A DNA stretch of 64,000 bases from contig OY821640.1 of the NCBI GenBank assembly GCA_963682125.1, positions 1,833,669 through 1,897,668 on the forward strand, given 5' to 3'. The first letter of the stretch is position 1, and each line of letters begins with the position of its first letter. The translations under genes were made by a program, and so were the position numbers. Source of the DNA: Methyloprofundus sp. Its GTDB lineage: Bacteria > Pseudomonadota > Gammaproteobacteria > Methylococcales > Methylomonadaceae. A model generated the notes under the pieces. The model ran no database searches. It was given only the letters and a program-made list of their open reading frames with translations, and was not told the DNA's origin. Positions 52,508-64,000 of this stretch are shown one piece after another.

Positions 52508-53050
52508 TTAACCTCCCTCAAGTTCCGCCAAATACTCATCCTTCAAGATCACATAATGGCTCGCTGAATATTCTAAAAATTCTTTTTCTTCCTTGGTTAG
52601 CTCTCTAGATTTTTTAGCTGGCACTCCCATATATAAGTAACCACTTTCTAATACTTTACCAGCGGGAACTAATGCACCAGCACCCAACATGACATAATCT
52701 TCCAGTACCGCATTATCCATAATAATGGCTCCTATGCCGACTAAGCAATAATCCCCTACTGTACATGCATGCACAACCGCACGATGCCCAACAGTGACAC
52801 CTTTGCCAATCTTTAACGACGCATCTTTAGGCGTGTATTTTCCTTTATGCGAGACATGTAGTACTGAGCCATCTTGAATATTGCTTGCTGCCCCAATTTT
52901 TATTGCTGCAACATCACCACGAATGACCACAGTCGGCCAAATAGAAACATCATCAGCTAATACTACATCACCGATAATGACAGCGCTATCATCAAGATAA
53001 ACTCGCTTTCCAACTTGAGGTTGCTTGCTTTTAAAACTTCGTAATGCCAT
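52508..53050 (-). CDS. yrdA: Gamma carbonic anhydrase family protein
   Basis: IRGDV..I.IG..SNIQDGSVLH, GHRAVVHACT; likely start MALRSF at 53050. Confidence 0.85.
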   Translation of the reverse strand: MALRSFKSKQPQVGKRVYLDDSAVIIGDVVLADDVSIWPTVVIRGDVAAIKIGAASNIQDGSVLHVSHKGKYTPKDASLKIGKGVTVGHRAVVHACTVGDYCLVGIGAIIMDNAVLEDYVMLGAGALVPAGKVLESGYLYMGVPAKKSRELTKEEKEFLEYSASHYVILKDEYLAELEGG

Positions 53051-53183
53051 TGTTTGAACCTTTATCAAATCAATAAAAGCTTAATCATACGAGTTTATTA
53101 AAATGATGTAAAAATGAATCAGCGATACTTATGAATTTTAGTTATAGTTACTGCAATTATTAAATAAAACTTTAGACCCTTTC

Positions 53184-55220
53184 ATGAGCAACCCTTTATT
53201 AAGCAACTCTGATTTACCTCTTTTCTCACAGATTAAACCTGAGCATATTGTTCCTGCAATGGATCAATTATTAACCGATGCCCGCACGACTGTAGAACAA
53301 GTACTTGCCGATAACAGTCACTATACTTGGGATAACTTAATTGCCCCCATTGATGCTATCGAAGATAAAATCAGTCGCGCTTGGTCGCCTGTCAGCCATA
53401 TGAACTCCGTCACTAATAATGATGATTTACGTGATGCCTATAATGAATGCTTACCTAAGTTAAGTGAATACTCGACTGAGATGGGCCAACATGATGCTTT
53501 ATTTAAAGCCTATAAAAGCATTGCTGATAGCGACACTTATGCAAGCTTAGATATTGCGCAACAAAAAATCATCCAAAATTCATTACGTAGCTTTCGTTTA
53601 TCGGGCATCGCTTTAGATGATGAAAAAAAAGCACTCTATAAAGATATTAATTTAGAATTATCACAACTTACCAGCCGTTATGAAGAAAATTTATTGGATG
53701 CAACCAATGCTTGGAGTAAATTAATAAAGAAAAAGACTGCTCTAGCGGGTCTACCTGAATCTGCATTACAGCAAGCTAAACAAACTGCAGAAATGGAGGG
53801 TGAAAAAGGCTGGATGCTAACTCTGCAATTCCCTTCTTATCTTGCTTTCATGACTTATGCCGATGATCGTCAATTACGTTCAGATATGTATAAAGCATTC
53901 TCGACTCGTGCATCAGAATTAGGCGCTGACCAAGACTGGGATAATACCGAAATTATGGATAGTCTCATTGCTTTACGCCATAAAAAAGCACAGTTATTAG
54001 GCTTTAACAATTACGCTGAATTATCACTAGCCACCAAAATGGCCGATACGCCTAAACAAGTCACCGACTTTTTAGAAGAGCTTGCAGAGAAATCTTTACC
54101 CCAAGCTAAACAAGATTTAGCAGACTTAACAGCATTTGCTTCTGAACAATACGGAGTCAATAAGCTATTTGCTTGGGATATCGGTTATTTTTCCGAAAAA
54201 ATGCGCCAACATGCGTATGACTTATCTCAAGAAGAAGTTAAGCAATATTTCCCTGCACCCAAAGTACTCTCTGGGTTATTCAAAGTCGTAGAAAAACTTT
54301 ATGGTTTACAAATAAGTGAACAACAAGGTATTGATACTTGGCATGAAGAAGTACGTTTTTTCCAGATTTTAGATAAAGCAGGTAAATTACGCGGTAAGTT
54401 TTATATAGACTTATATGCGCGCGCGCAAAAACGTGGCGGTGCATGGATGGATGATTGCGTAGGCCGTAAAAAAACAGCGGATGGCTTACAAATCCCAGTC
54501 GCTTACCTAACTTGTAATTTCACACCACCTACAGCAAATGATCCTGCCTTATTAACCCATGATGAAGTCTTAACCTTATTTCATGAATTTGGCCACGGCC
54601 TACAACACATGCTAACTCAGGTTGACCACTTAGGCGTATCGGGTATTAATGGCGTGGAATGGGATGCTGTGGAGCTGCCTAGCCAGTTTATGGAAAACTG
54701 GTGTTGGGAAAAAGAAGCATTAGACTTAATTTCTGGACATTACCAAACAGGCGAAGTGCTACCGGAAGCTTTATTTAAAAAAATGTTAGCGGCTAAAAAC
54801 TTTCAAGCGGGTATGTTAATGGTTCGACAATTAGAATTCAGTTTGTTTGATTTTAGACTGCATCAAGAATACGACCCTGAAAATGGCGCACGTATTTATG
54901 AAGTACTCGATGAAATTCGTCAGCAAGTATCAGTGATGCTTCCCCCCGCCTTTAATCGATTTGCTCACAGCTTTTCACATATTTTTGCAGGTGGCTATTC
55001 CGCAGGTTATTACAGCTACAAATGGGCAGAAGTCTTATCTAGCGATGCTTATTCTTTATTTGAAGAACAAGGAATTTTTAATCAAGTAGCAGGACAATCC
55101 TTTTTAGAAAATATTCTAGAAACTGGTGGTAGTGAAAATGCCATGGATTTATTTGTTAAGTTCCGAGGCAGAGAGCCAAAGATTGATGCACTACTGCGCC
55201 ATAATGGTATTGCTGCTTAA
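53184..55220 (+). CDS. prlC: Oligopeptidase A
   Basis: M3 peptidase motif FHEFGHGLQH, DAVELPSQFMENW, FAGGYSAGYYSYKWAE. Confidence 0.95.
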   Translation: MSNPLLSNSDLPLFSQIKPEHIVPAMDQLLTDARTTVEQVLADNSHYTWDNLIAPIDAIEDKISRAWSPVSHMNSVTNNDDLRDAYNECLPKLSEYSTEMGQHDALFKAYKSIADSDTYASLDIAQQKIIQNSLRSFRLSGIALDDEKKALYKDINLELSQLTSRYEENLLDATNAWSKLIKKKTALAGLPESALQQAKQTAEMEGEKGWMLTLQFPSYLAFMTYADDRQLRSDMYKAFSTRASELGADQDWDNTEIMDSLIALRHKKAQLLGFNNYAELSLATKMADTPKQVTDFLEELAEKSLPQAKQDLADLTAFASEQYGVNKLFAWDIGYFSEKMRQHAYDLSQEEVKQYFPAPKVLSGLFKVVEKLYGLQISEQQGIDTWHEEVRFFQILDKAGKLRGKFYIDLYARAQKRGGAWMDDCVGRKKTADGLQIPVAYLTCNFTPPTANDPALLTHDEVLTLFHEFGHGLQHMLTQVDHLGVSGINGVEWDAVELPSQFMENWCWEKEALDLISGHYQTGEVLPEALFKKMLAAKNFQAGMLMVRQLEFSLFDFRLHQEYDPENGARIYEVLDEIRQQVSVMLPPAFNRFAHSFSHIFAGGYSAGYYSYKWAEVLSSDAYSLFEEQGIFNQVAGQSFLENILETGGSENAMDLFVKFRGREPKIDALLRHNGIAA

Positions 55221-55344
55221 TTTTAAGCGGTATCATCACTAAAAATCAGGGATGATTTCAGCGATGGTCGAATGGGGGGAAAGTGCTATTATTCATTCCC
55301 CCTATGAAAACGTCATTCCTTCATGCTTTTAGAAGGAATCTATC

Positions 55345-55482
55345 TATACCCAAGCTACTTGAAGATGCAGGCTTAATGGAACCGCGATCTTTAGTCGCGG
55401 AATGCTTGATATGTGATTGCAGCGGCTGAAGACCGCTGTTCCATTTAGTTAAAATCACGCATCTTCATTTATTTTGGGTATA
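55345..55482. mobile_element. Complete ERIC-like MITE (138 bp incl. terminal TA)
   Basis: Ends TATACCCAAGCTACTTGAAGATGC / GCATCTTCATTTATTTTGGGTATA, the same architecture as the IS630 termini. Confidence 0.85.
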
Positions 55483-55632
55483 GACTCCCGATTAAAGACT
55501 TCGGGAGAGACGTTTTACAAGCATATAAAAAATACATTCAACGATTAATTATAAAACTCCACACTTAATGATGACATAGCCATAAAATTAAAATGTATAA
55601 TTTATCTTTTCACTAAATTTTAATCTCATATT

Positions 55633-56943
55633 TTGAATAATAACTCTACTTTTGTTAATTGGTTTAGGGACTCATCTCCTTACATCCATGCTCATCGTCA
55701 CCGTACCTTTGTTATTTATTTTGGTGGTGAAGCATTATTAGATGATAATTTCAAAAATCTTATTCATGATTTTGCCCTACTCAATAGCTTGGGCATTCAT
55801 TTAATTTTAGTTCACGGTATTCGTCCGCAAATTGATAACGCACTTAAAAAAAGTAAACAATCCTCACAATTCCAAAATTCACTGCGTATTACAGATAAAC
55901 ATACTTTACAGTGCGTTAAAGAATCAGCAGGTTTGGTGCGTGTTGATATTGAATCATTACTCTCTCAAGGGGTTGCTAACTCACCTATGTCAGGTGCAGA
56001 ACTTAGAGTTGTCTCAGGGAATTTTATTACGGCACAACCTTTAGGCGTTATTGACGGTGTGGATTTTCAAAACACTGGCAAAATTCGCCGCATTAATAAT
56101 ACCGCTATTCAACAACAGCTAGACCTAGAAAATATTGTACTTATTTCCCCTATTGGCTACTCACCCAGTGGTGATTTATTTAACCTCTCTGCCGAACAAG
56201 TTGCTACAGAAATCGCTATTTCTTTACAAGCTGAAAAGCTAATATTAATGACTGAGCAAAGCTTTCAATCTGCAACAGGTGAATTAATTGCCCAGATGAC
56301 AACAGAAGAGACCAAGCAGTTTATTAATCAAGAATCACAACTAGCAAGCAGCACCCAACACGCATTAAAATCAGCCATACATGGTTGCCAATCAGGTGTT
56401 AAACGTGTGCATATTCTTAATCGATTAATAGATGGAGCTTTATTAACTGAGTTATTTAGCAGGGATGGCATAGGAACACTAATTAGCTCTACTCAATTTG
56501 AGTTTTTACGCTCAGCTGTACTCTCTGACATACCAGGGATATTAGAATTAATATCCCCATTAGAAAAAAAAGGCATCTTAATTTCACGCTCACCTGAACA
56601 ACTTGAAATTAATATAGCTGATTATATTATTATTGAACGCGACGGCTTAATCATTGGCTGTACTGCCTTACACCCAATAAAAAACAGTCAAATGGGGCTT
56701 ATTGCCTGCCTCGCTATACACCCTGACTATCAAAAATCAGCACGTGGAAATCAATTACTAGAACAACTTTTAAAACAAGCCCAACAAAAATCTTTCACAC
56801 AGGTTTTTGCTTTCTCCACACAATCAATGCAATGGTTTATAGAAAGAGGCTTTAGTGAACAAGAAGCGACGCAATTACCCACTCACCTACAAGCAACTTA
56901 CAACCCTTTACGTAATGCCAAGGTACTAAGAAAGCAAATTTAA
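55633..56943 (+). CDS. argA: Amino-acid N-acetyltransferase
   Basis: FVNWFRDSSPYI.AHR..TFVI, ELFSRDG.GT, C-terminal GNAT; TTG start. Confidence 0.92.
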   Translation: MNNNSTFVNWFRDSSPYIHAHRHRTFVIYFGGEALLDDNFKNLIHDFALLNSLGIHLILVHGIRPQIDNALKKSKQSSQFQNSLRITDKHTLQCVKESAGLVRVDIESLLSQGVANSPMSGAELRVVSGNFITAQPLGVIDGVDFQNTGKIRRINNTAIQQQLDLENIVLISPIGYSPSGDLFNLSAEQVATEIAISLQAEKLILMTEQSFQSATGELIAQMTTEETKQFINQESQLASSTQHALKSAIHGCQSGVKRVHILNRLIDGALLTELFSRDGIGTLISSTQFEFLRSAVLSDIPGILELISPLEKKGILISRSPEQLEINIADYIIIERDGLIIGCTALHPIKNSQMGLIACLAIHPDYQKSARGNQLLEQLLKQAQQKSFTQVFAFSTQSMQWFIERGFSEQEATQLPTHLQATYNPLRNAKVLRKQI

Positions 56944-57002
56944 CACCCTAGGTGTGTTACTAAATAGTCCTGAATATTAATTTAACGTTTTATAAGGGCA
57001 AC

Positions 57003-57185
57003 TAAGTACTTGTACATAATTACTCTAACATTTTGAGATGACGAATTTTAGTAGGATGGGTAAAGCGTTTTTTTGCGAACCCCATTATTCTGGCAGTGAT
57101 TGATGGGGTTCACTACGCGCCTAAAAAACAGGCACTTCATTCTACCCATCCTACAAAATATTAAATTAATTTTTACTATTTACTT
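57003..57185 (+). repeat. REP-doublet MITE (family B)
   Basis: TAAGTA...TACTT ends; internal GTAGGATGGGTA ... TACCCATCCTAC inverted pair; near-identical to 63661-63845. Confidence 0.85.
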
Positions 57186-57307
57186 GCAAGGAATTGCCCC
57201 TACCTATTTTCTTACATTGTACGAACGGGTAATGAAACAACAGCCAAAAGGCAAAAATAAACAAAAAAAAGCGTAAAATTTTATATCGCTTTACACCTTA
57301 GAAAATA

Positions 57308-59256
<1,949 letters not shown>

Positions 59257-59421
59257 GTTGAGTCCACACCCTGATAAAATTAATTTTTTGCAATGCAATG
59301 CAATGCAGGTTTTTAGCCTAAATCTGCAACAAGCTACAAACCTGCGCTGCATTTTATTCACTATTTAGTTAACAACAACGCCCCATCACAGATTTCATCC
59401 ATGACGAGGCGTGTTTATTTA

Positions 59422-59453
59422 TAATAAATCTGGTATTAAATCACCAGATTTAT
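59422..59453. terminator. Hairpin between dnaK and dnaJ
   Basis: AATAAATCTGGT-loop-ACCAGATTTATT perfect 12-bp stem. Confidence 0.55.
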
Positions 59454-59465
59454 TCAGGCGATATA

Positions 59466-61400
59466 TTATTTCTTATCGTCTTCTTTTACTTCTTCAAACT
59501 CAGCATCAACAACACTATCATCTGCTTCTGGAGCAGCCTGATCAGCAGCACCGTCAACATCAGCCGCGCCTTCTGCACCTGCTTGTTGTGCGTAAGCACG
59601 TTCAGCTAGTTTGCCTGATAATTCAGTTAAAGCGGTTGTTTTAGCTTCAATTGCATCTTTATCATCAGCTTTAACCACTTCTTTTAACTCTTCAATCGCC
59701 GCTTCAATTGCTGTTTTTTCTTCATCAGTCACTTGCTCAGCAAGGTCTGTTACAGATTTTTCAGTTGCATTGATCATACCTTCTGCAGTGTTACGTGCAG
59801 AAACTAATTCAGTCACTTTTTTATCTTCTTCAGCATGTGCTTCAGCATCTTTTACCATGCGTTCCACTTCTTCATCCGATAAGCCACTAGAAGCTTTAAT
59901 CACGATAGACTGTTCTTTGCCTGTTGCTTTATCTTTTGCTGATACATTTAAAATACCATTGGCATCAATATCAAAAGCAACTTCAATTTGCGGTGTGCCA
60001 CGTGGTGCTGGTGGAATATCTGCTAAATCAAAACGACCTAGAGATTTATTTCCTGATGCCACTTTACGCTCACCTTGTAAAACATGAACCGTTACTGCAC
60101 CTTGGTTATCTTCAGCTGTTGAGAAAACTTGTGCTGCATTGGTAGGAATCGTAGTATTTTTATCGATAAGTTTAGTCATTACACCACCCATCGTTTCAAT
60201 ACCTAATGATAGAGGTGTTACATCTAATAATAAAACATCCGTAACATCACCACCTAATACACCCGCTTGAATCGCAGCACCTAGCGCAACCGCTTCATCA
60301 GGGTTAACATCTTTACGTGGCTCTTTGCCAAAGATGCTTTCAACCATTGCCTGTACTTTTGGCATACGTGATTGACCACCGACCAAAATAACATGGTCAA
60401 TTTCAGATGCTGATAATCCAGAGTCTTTTAAAGCCGTCACACAAGGGCCTTTAGTACGTTCAACTAAGTCATCAACTAAAGACTCTAATTTAGCGCGTGT
60501 TAATTTCACGTTTAAATGTTTAGGGCCAGATGCATCAGCGGTAACATACGGCAGGTTAATATCCGTCGCTTCTGCTGAAGAAAGCTCAATTTTAGCTTTT
60601 TCTGCTGCTTCTTTTAAACGCTGTAGAGCTAATGGATCATTGTGTAAATCAATGCCATTGTCTTTTTTAAATTCAGCAACTAAAAATTCAATGATGCGTA
60701 AATCGAAATCTTCACCACCTAAGAAAGTATCGCCGTTAGTCGCCAATACTTCAAAAGCATGCTCGCCTTCAACTTCTGAAATTTCAATGATTGATACATC
60801 AAATGTACCACCACCTAAATCATACACAGCAATAGTAGAATCGCCTTCAGGCTTATCCATACCAAATGCTAATGCAGCAGCTGTTGGCTCATTGATGATA
60901 CGTTTAACATCAAGACCTGCAATGCGACCTGCATCTTTGGTTGCTTGACGCTGTGAATCATTAAAGTAAGCAGGAACAGTAATAACAGCTTCTGTTACTT
61001 CTTCACCTAAAAATGCTTCTGCATCTTTTTTCATTTTCATCAAAATACGTGATGAAATTTCAGGTGATGCCATTTTGTTACCGTGACACTCAACCCAAGC
61101 ATCGCCGTTGTCTGCAGGTACGATTTTATAAGGCACCATTTTGATGTCTTTTTGTACGGCATCATCTTTAAATTTACGACCAATTAAACGCTTAATTGCG
61201 AATAATGTATTTTCTGGGTTGGTTACTGCTTGACGTTTCGCCGCTTGCCCAACTAGTACTCCATCATCTTTAGTAAAAGCGATGATTGAAGGTGTTGTAC
61301 GCGCGCCTTCACTATTTTCGATAACACGAGATGTGCCATTTTCCAGAACAGCAACACAAGAGTTAGTTGTTCCTAAATCAATTCCGATCATTTTAGCCAT
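59466..61400 (-). CDS. dnaK: Chaperone DnaK
   Basis: [25 protein letters not shown] tail; likely start 61400. Confidence 0.98.
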   Translation of the reverse strand: MAKMIGIDLGTTNSCVAVLENGTSRVIENSEGARTTPSIIAFTKDDGVLVGQAAKRQAVTNPENTLFAIKRLIGRKFKDDAVQKDIKMVPYKIVPADNGDAWVECHGNKMASPEISSRILMKMKKDAEAFLGEEVTEAVITVPAYFNDSQRQATKDAGRIAGLDVKRIINEPTAAALAFGMDKPEGDSTIAVYDLGGGTFDVSIIEISEVEGEHAFEVLATNGDTFLGGEDFDLRIIEFLVAEFKKDNGIDLHNDPLALQRLKEAAEKAKIELSSAEATDINLPYVTADASGPKHLNVKLTRAKLESLVDDLVERTKGPCVTALKDSGLSASEIDHVILVGGQSRMPKVQAMVESIFGKEPRKDVNPDEAVALGAAIQAGVLGGDVTDVLLLDVTPLSLGIETMGGVMTKLIDKNTTIPTNAAQVFSTAEDNQGAVTVHVLQGERKVASGNKSLGRFDLADIPPAPRGTPQIEVAFDIDANGILNVSAKDKATGKEQSIVIKASSGLSDEEVERMVKDAEAHAEEDKKVTELVSARNTAEGMINATEKSVTDLAEQVTDEEKTAIEAAIEELKEVVKADDKDAIEAKTTALTELSGKLAERAYAQQAGAEGAADVDGAADQAAPEADDSVVDAEFEEVKEDDKK

Positions 61401-61447
61401 GGAAAGCTCCAAAAAGGTTTATATTATTTTTTAATAAGTTGCATCTG

Positions 61448-61475
61448 ATATAAGGTTAAATTTTCTATTTTCAAG
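61448..61475 (-). promoter_or_regulatory. Sigma-32-type promoter upstream of dnaK
   Basis: CTTGAA-N14-CCTTATAT (consensus CTTGAA-N13-14-CCCCATNT). Confidence 0.55.
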
Positions 61476-62115
61476 CCTGTTCATCAATTTTCGCAGAATC
61501 ATCACCAGCAATTGCTTGTGCAACCACAACCATTGCTGGACGAATCAAGCGTCCATTTAAAACATAACCTTTTTGAAAGACATTAATAACTGAGTTTGGC
61601 TCGGCATCAGGTGACGGAACCATCGTCATTGCTTGGTGAAATTCAGGATTGAACACTTCACCAACAGGGTTAATCGCTACTATATTAAACTTTGCAAACA
61701 CGGACTCAAACTGTGCAATGGTTAACTCACTGCCTTCTTTTAATTTCACAACTTCAGGTACATCACTCGTTGCAGCTTGAATACCTAATTCTAAAGAATC
61801 AATCACCGATAATAATTCTTTAGCAAATTTTTCTAAACCGTATTTATGCGCACTGTCTAAATCTTTTTGTGTGCGACGTTTAAGGTTTTCCATTTCCGCT
61901 TGTACACGCAATGCTTTGTCTAAATTATCTGCTGCTTTTTGTTCAGCTTTAGCTAACTGTTTTTGTAAGTCTTCAATAGAAACTTCTGCTGTTTCAGACT
62001 CAATCGCCACATCATTTTCCTCTACTTCACTATCAAGTTCTGCTGCTTGCTCAAGAACTTCTTCAATCAAGTCGCTATCTGACTGACTCTCAGATGATTG
62101 TTGATCATTACTCAT
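61471..62115 (-). CDS. grpE: Nucleotide exchange factor GrpE
   Basis: LR.QAEMEN..RR, F.PEFHQAM, QKGY.LNGRLIRPAMV.V. Confidence 0.97.
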   Translation of the reverse strand: MSNDQQSSESQSDSDLIEEVLEQAAELDSEVEENDVAIESETAEVSIEDLQKQLAKAEQKAADNLDKALRVQAEMENLKRRTQKDLDSAHKYGLEKFAKELLSVIDSLELGIQAATSDVPEVVKLKEGSELTIAQFESVFAKFNIVAINPVGEVFNPEFHQAMTMVPSPDAEPNSVINVFQKGYVLNGRLIRPAMVVVAQAIAGDDSAKIDEQA

Positions 62116-62160
62116 TTATGTATTGCTCCACGTTTAGTGCACTCTAAAAAGATAGCTTTA

Positions 62161-62188
62161 ACATGGGGCTTATTCGATTGTATTCAAG
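62161..62188 (-). promoter_or_regulatory. Sigma-32 promoter upstream of grpE
   Basis: CTTGAA-N14-CCCCATGT, a match to the RpoH consensus. Confidence 0.8.
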
Positions 62189-62225
62189 CTTTTCTACAAC
62201 AATTTTCTAATTTAAGAAACGCCCT

Positions 62226-63599
62226 TTATATTGCTAAGAAAAAATAACAAACCCCACTCACTACAAATGCCAGCATAATATTTAACATCAAGCCTTCGCG
62301 CGCCATATCTTTGATATGAAATTTATTTGTGCCATAAACAATCGCATTTGGTGCTGTTGCTACTGGCATCATAAACGCACAACTAGCACTAATCGCTGCA
62401 GGCATCATTAAAATTTGAGGATCAATACCTGTAGCCATACCAGCCGTTGCTAAAATTGGCATTAATAGTGTTGCCGTTGCGGTATTACTGGTAATTTCAG
62501 TTAAAAAAGTGACGCATAAACAAAGTACTAATATCAATGCATAGACAGGTAAACTGGATAAACCAGCTAACATTTCACCCATCATCAAGCTTAAACCCGA
62601 TGCCATAAAGGCTTTTGCAATAGCTATGCCACCCGCAAATAACAGCAACATGCCCCAAGGGATATTGCTGGCCGTTTTCCAATCTAATAAGCTACCTTTG
62701 TTTTCACCACTGGGTGTAATAAACATCAAAACCACGCCCAATAATGCAATCGTGCTATCACCTACGCCATTTAAACCAAAATAATCACTCCAGAGTTTTC
62801 GTGTCATCCATGCTACTGCCACCAAACCAAATACCAATAAAACTCGTTTTTCAGCTATTCGCCACGGCTCTTGCTCGGGTATGTTAAAAACTAATTTTGT
62901 AGATATATTGCGCGTTAACCATAGGGCAATTAATGGCACCCCGATAACAACGATTGGCACACCAATTTTCATCCACGCCAGAAAATCAAATTCCTGACCT
63001 GTGGTTTCTTGGTAAATACTTATAAATATAATATTAGGCGGCGATCCAATAGGCGTACCTACTCCACCTAAACTTGCAGCATAAGCAATACCTAACATCA
63101 AAGCCGTGACGGTCGCTTTATCTTCAATTCCTTGCAAAGCAGCCAAAGCGATAGGTAATAAAATCAGTGTTGTTGCGGTATTTGATATCCACATGCTTAA
63201 TAGTGCAGCGGCGACCATAAATCCAATCACCACTCGCTTACCGCTATCGACCCCAACGAGCCTAACCATATAAATAGCTAAGCGCCTATGTATACCACTT
63301 TTTTCTAATGATTTAGACAGCATAAAGCCACCCATTAACAAAAGTATTACATGGCTACCTAAAGCAGCTGATACTTCTTTATGAGTGAGCACACCCGCAA
63401 AGGGAAATAGTGCAAAAGGTATTAATGATGCCACGGGAATAGGAATCGCTTCAGTTACCCATAAAATAACCGTTAACAATGTAATTGCCACCGTCCAGGC
63501 TAACTTGCTTGGCTGCTGATAAAAATAAATTAATATCACTGCAGAAATAAGTGCCGCCAATAAAGCACTAAGCAGTATAAATATTTGTTTTTGTGTCAT
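62226..63599 (-). CDS. SLC13/DASS family transporter
   Basis: SMWISNTATT, GTPIGSPPN, EITSNTATA, PVATAPNAIV. Confidence 0.9.
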   Translation of the reverse strand: MTQKQIFILLSALLAALISAVILIYFYQQPSKLAWTVAITLLTVILWVTEAIPIPVASLIPFALFPFAGVLTHKEVSAALGSHVILLLMGGFMLSKSLEKSGIHRRLAIYMVRLVGVDSGKRVVIGFMVAAALLSMWISNTATTLILLPIALAALQGIEDKATVTALMLGIAYAASLGGVGTPIGSPPNIIFISIYQETTGQEFDFLAWMKIGVPIVVIGVPLIALWLTRNISTKLVFNIPEQEPWRIAEKRVLLVFGLVAVAWMTRKLWSDYFGLNGVGDSTIALLGVVLMFITPSGENKGSLLDWKTASNIPWGMLLLFAGGIAIAKAFMASGLSLMMGEMLAGLSSLPVYALILVLCLCVTFLTEITSNTATATLLMPILATAGMATGIDPQILMMPAAISASCAFMMPVATAPNAIVYGTNKFHIKDMAREGLMLNIMLAFVVSGVCYFFLAI

Positions 63600-63660
63600 T
63601 ATTTACCCGAAATTAGCGCGAGGTTTACTCAGCCATTGACTAACCAAAAGCAAGGCATTG

Positions 63661-63845
63661 TAAGTACTTGTGCATAATTACTCTAACATTTTGATATGAC
63701 GAATTTTAGTAGGATGGGTAGAGCGTTTTTTTGCGAAACTCATCATTCTGGCAGTAATTGATGGGGTTCACTACGCGCCTAAAAAACAGGCACTTCATTC
63801 TACCCATCCTACAAAATGTTAAATTAATTTTTTGCTATTTACTTA
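63661..63845 (+). repeat. REP-doublet MITE (family B)
   Basis: TAAGTA...TACTTA ends; near-identical to 57003-57185. Confidence 0.85.
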
Positions 63846-64000
63846 TTAATATATGCGCTCGCTTATTTTGCCACAACTACAGCTTGCATGCAATAACTCT
63901 TGCAACTTGTTCACGGCTGGCCTTGGACTGGAAAGCACTTAAAATTTTACAATAAAATTATTGCCTACTACTCAGTGAAAAACTAGATATTACAGATGGG

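Noticed and set aside
59291-59307. (CAATG)3 tandem repeat upstream of dnaJ
   Set aside because: Too short to distinguish from chance; it lies outside the likely CDS.
62125-62160. CIRCE element upstream of grpE
   Set aside because: Only a partial GAGTGC half-site; the TTAGCACTC-N9-GAGTGCTAA pattern is absent.

Overview
AT-rich bacterial chromosome segment. The gene repertoire and arrangement suggest a gammaproteobacterium, possibly a Methylococcales-type or host-associated lineage; that is inference, since no marker gene here proves it. The backbone is housekeeping: nadK-recN, cysC, fleQ-like, corB-like, radA, yheS, smc-zipA, queF, tRNA-Thr, purA-hisZ-hflCKX-hfq, ftsYEX, SURF1, lpxA, xerD, PPK2, YeeE/YedE-TauE, fdxA, prlC, argA and grpE-dnaK-dnaJ-dapB. 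It is heavily invaded by mobile DNA: three near-identical IS701(ISAba11)-type copies, one IS3, one IS630, one nested IS4, and at least five short repeat/MITE families. Several genes are broken: an MmeI-like R-M gene, an SPFH-SHOCT gene, ygiQ and two TA toxins. The most notable observations are: (1) a single ORF fusing a half-degenerate heme A synthase (COX15/CtaA) membrane domain to the SRP receptor FtsY; (2) ftsE, whose native start was hit by two insertions and which appears to regain an in-frame TTG start from the IS630 terminal repeat; (3) a 283-bp structured mobile element with no terminal inverted repeats that inserts without target duplication; (4) an IS630 whose termini are the same ERIC-like ends as local MITEs; (5) MITEs that wrap REP doublets in IS termini and are site-specifically hit by an IS4 element; (6) two adjacent TA modules, each with the toxin knocked out by a different IS, one inside a 61-bp direct repeat of the yrdA 3' end. 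All calls were made by eye without database searches.
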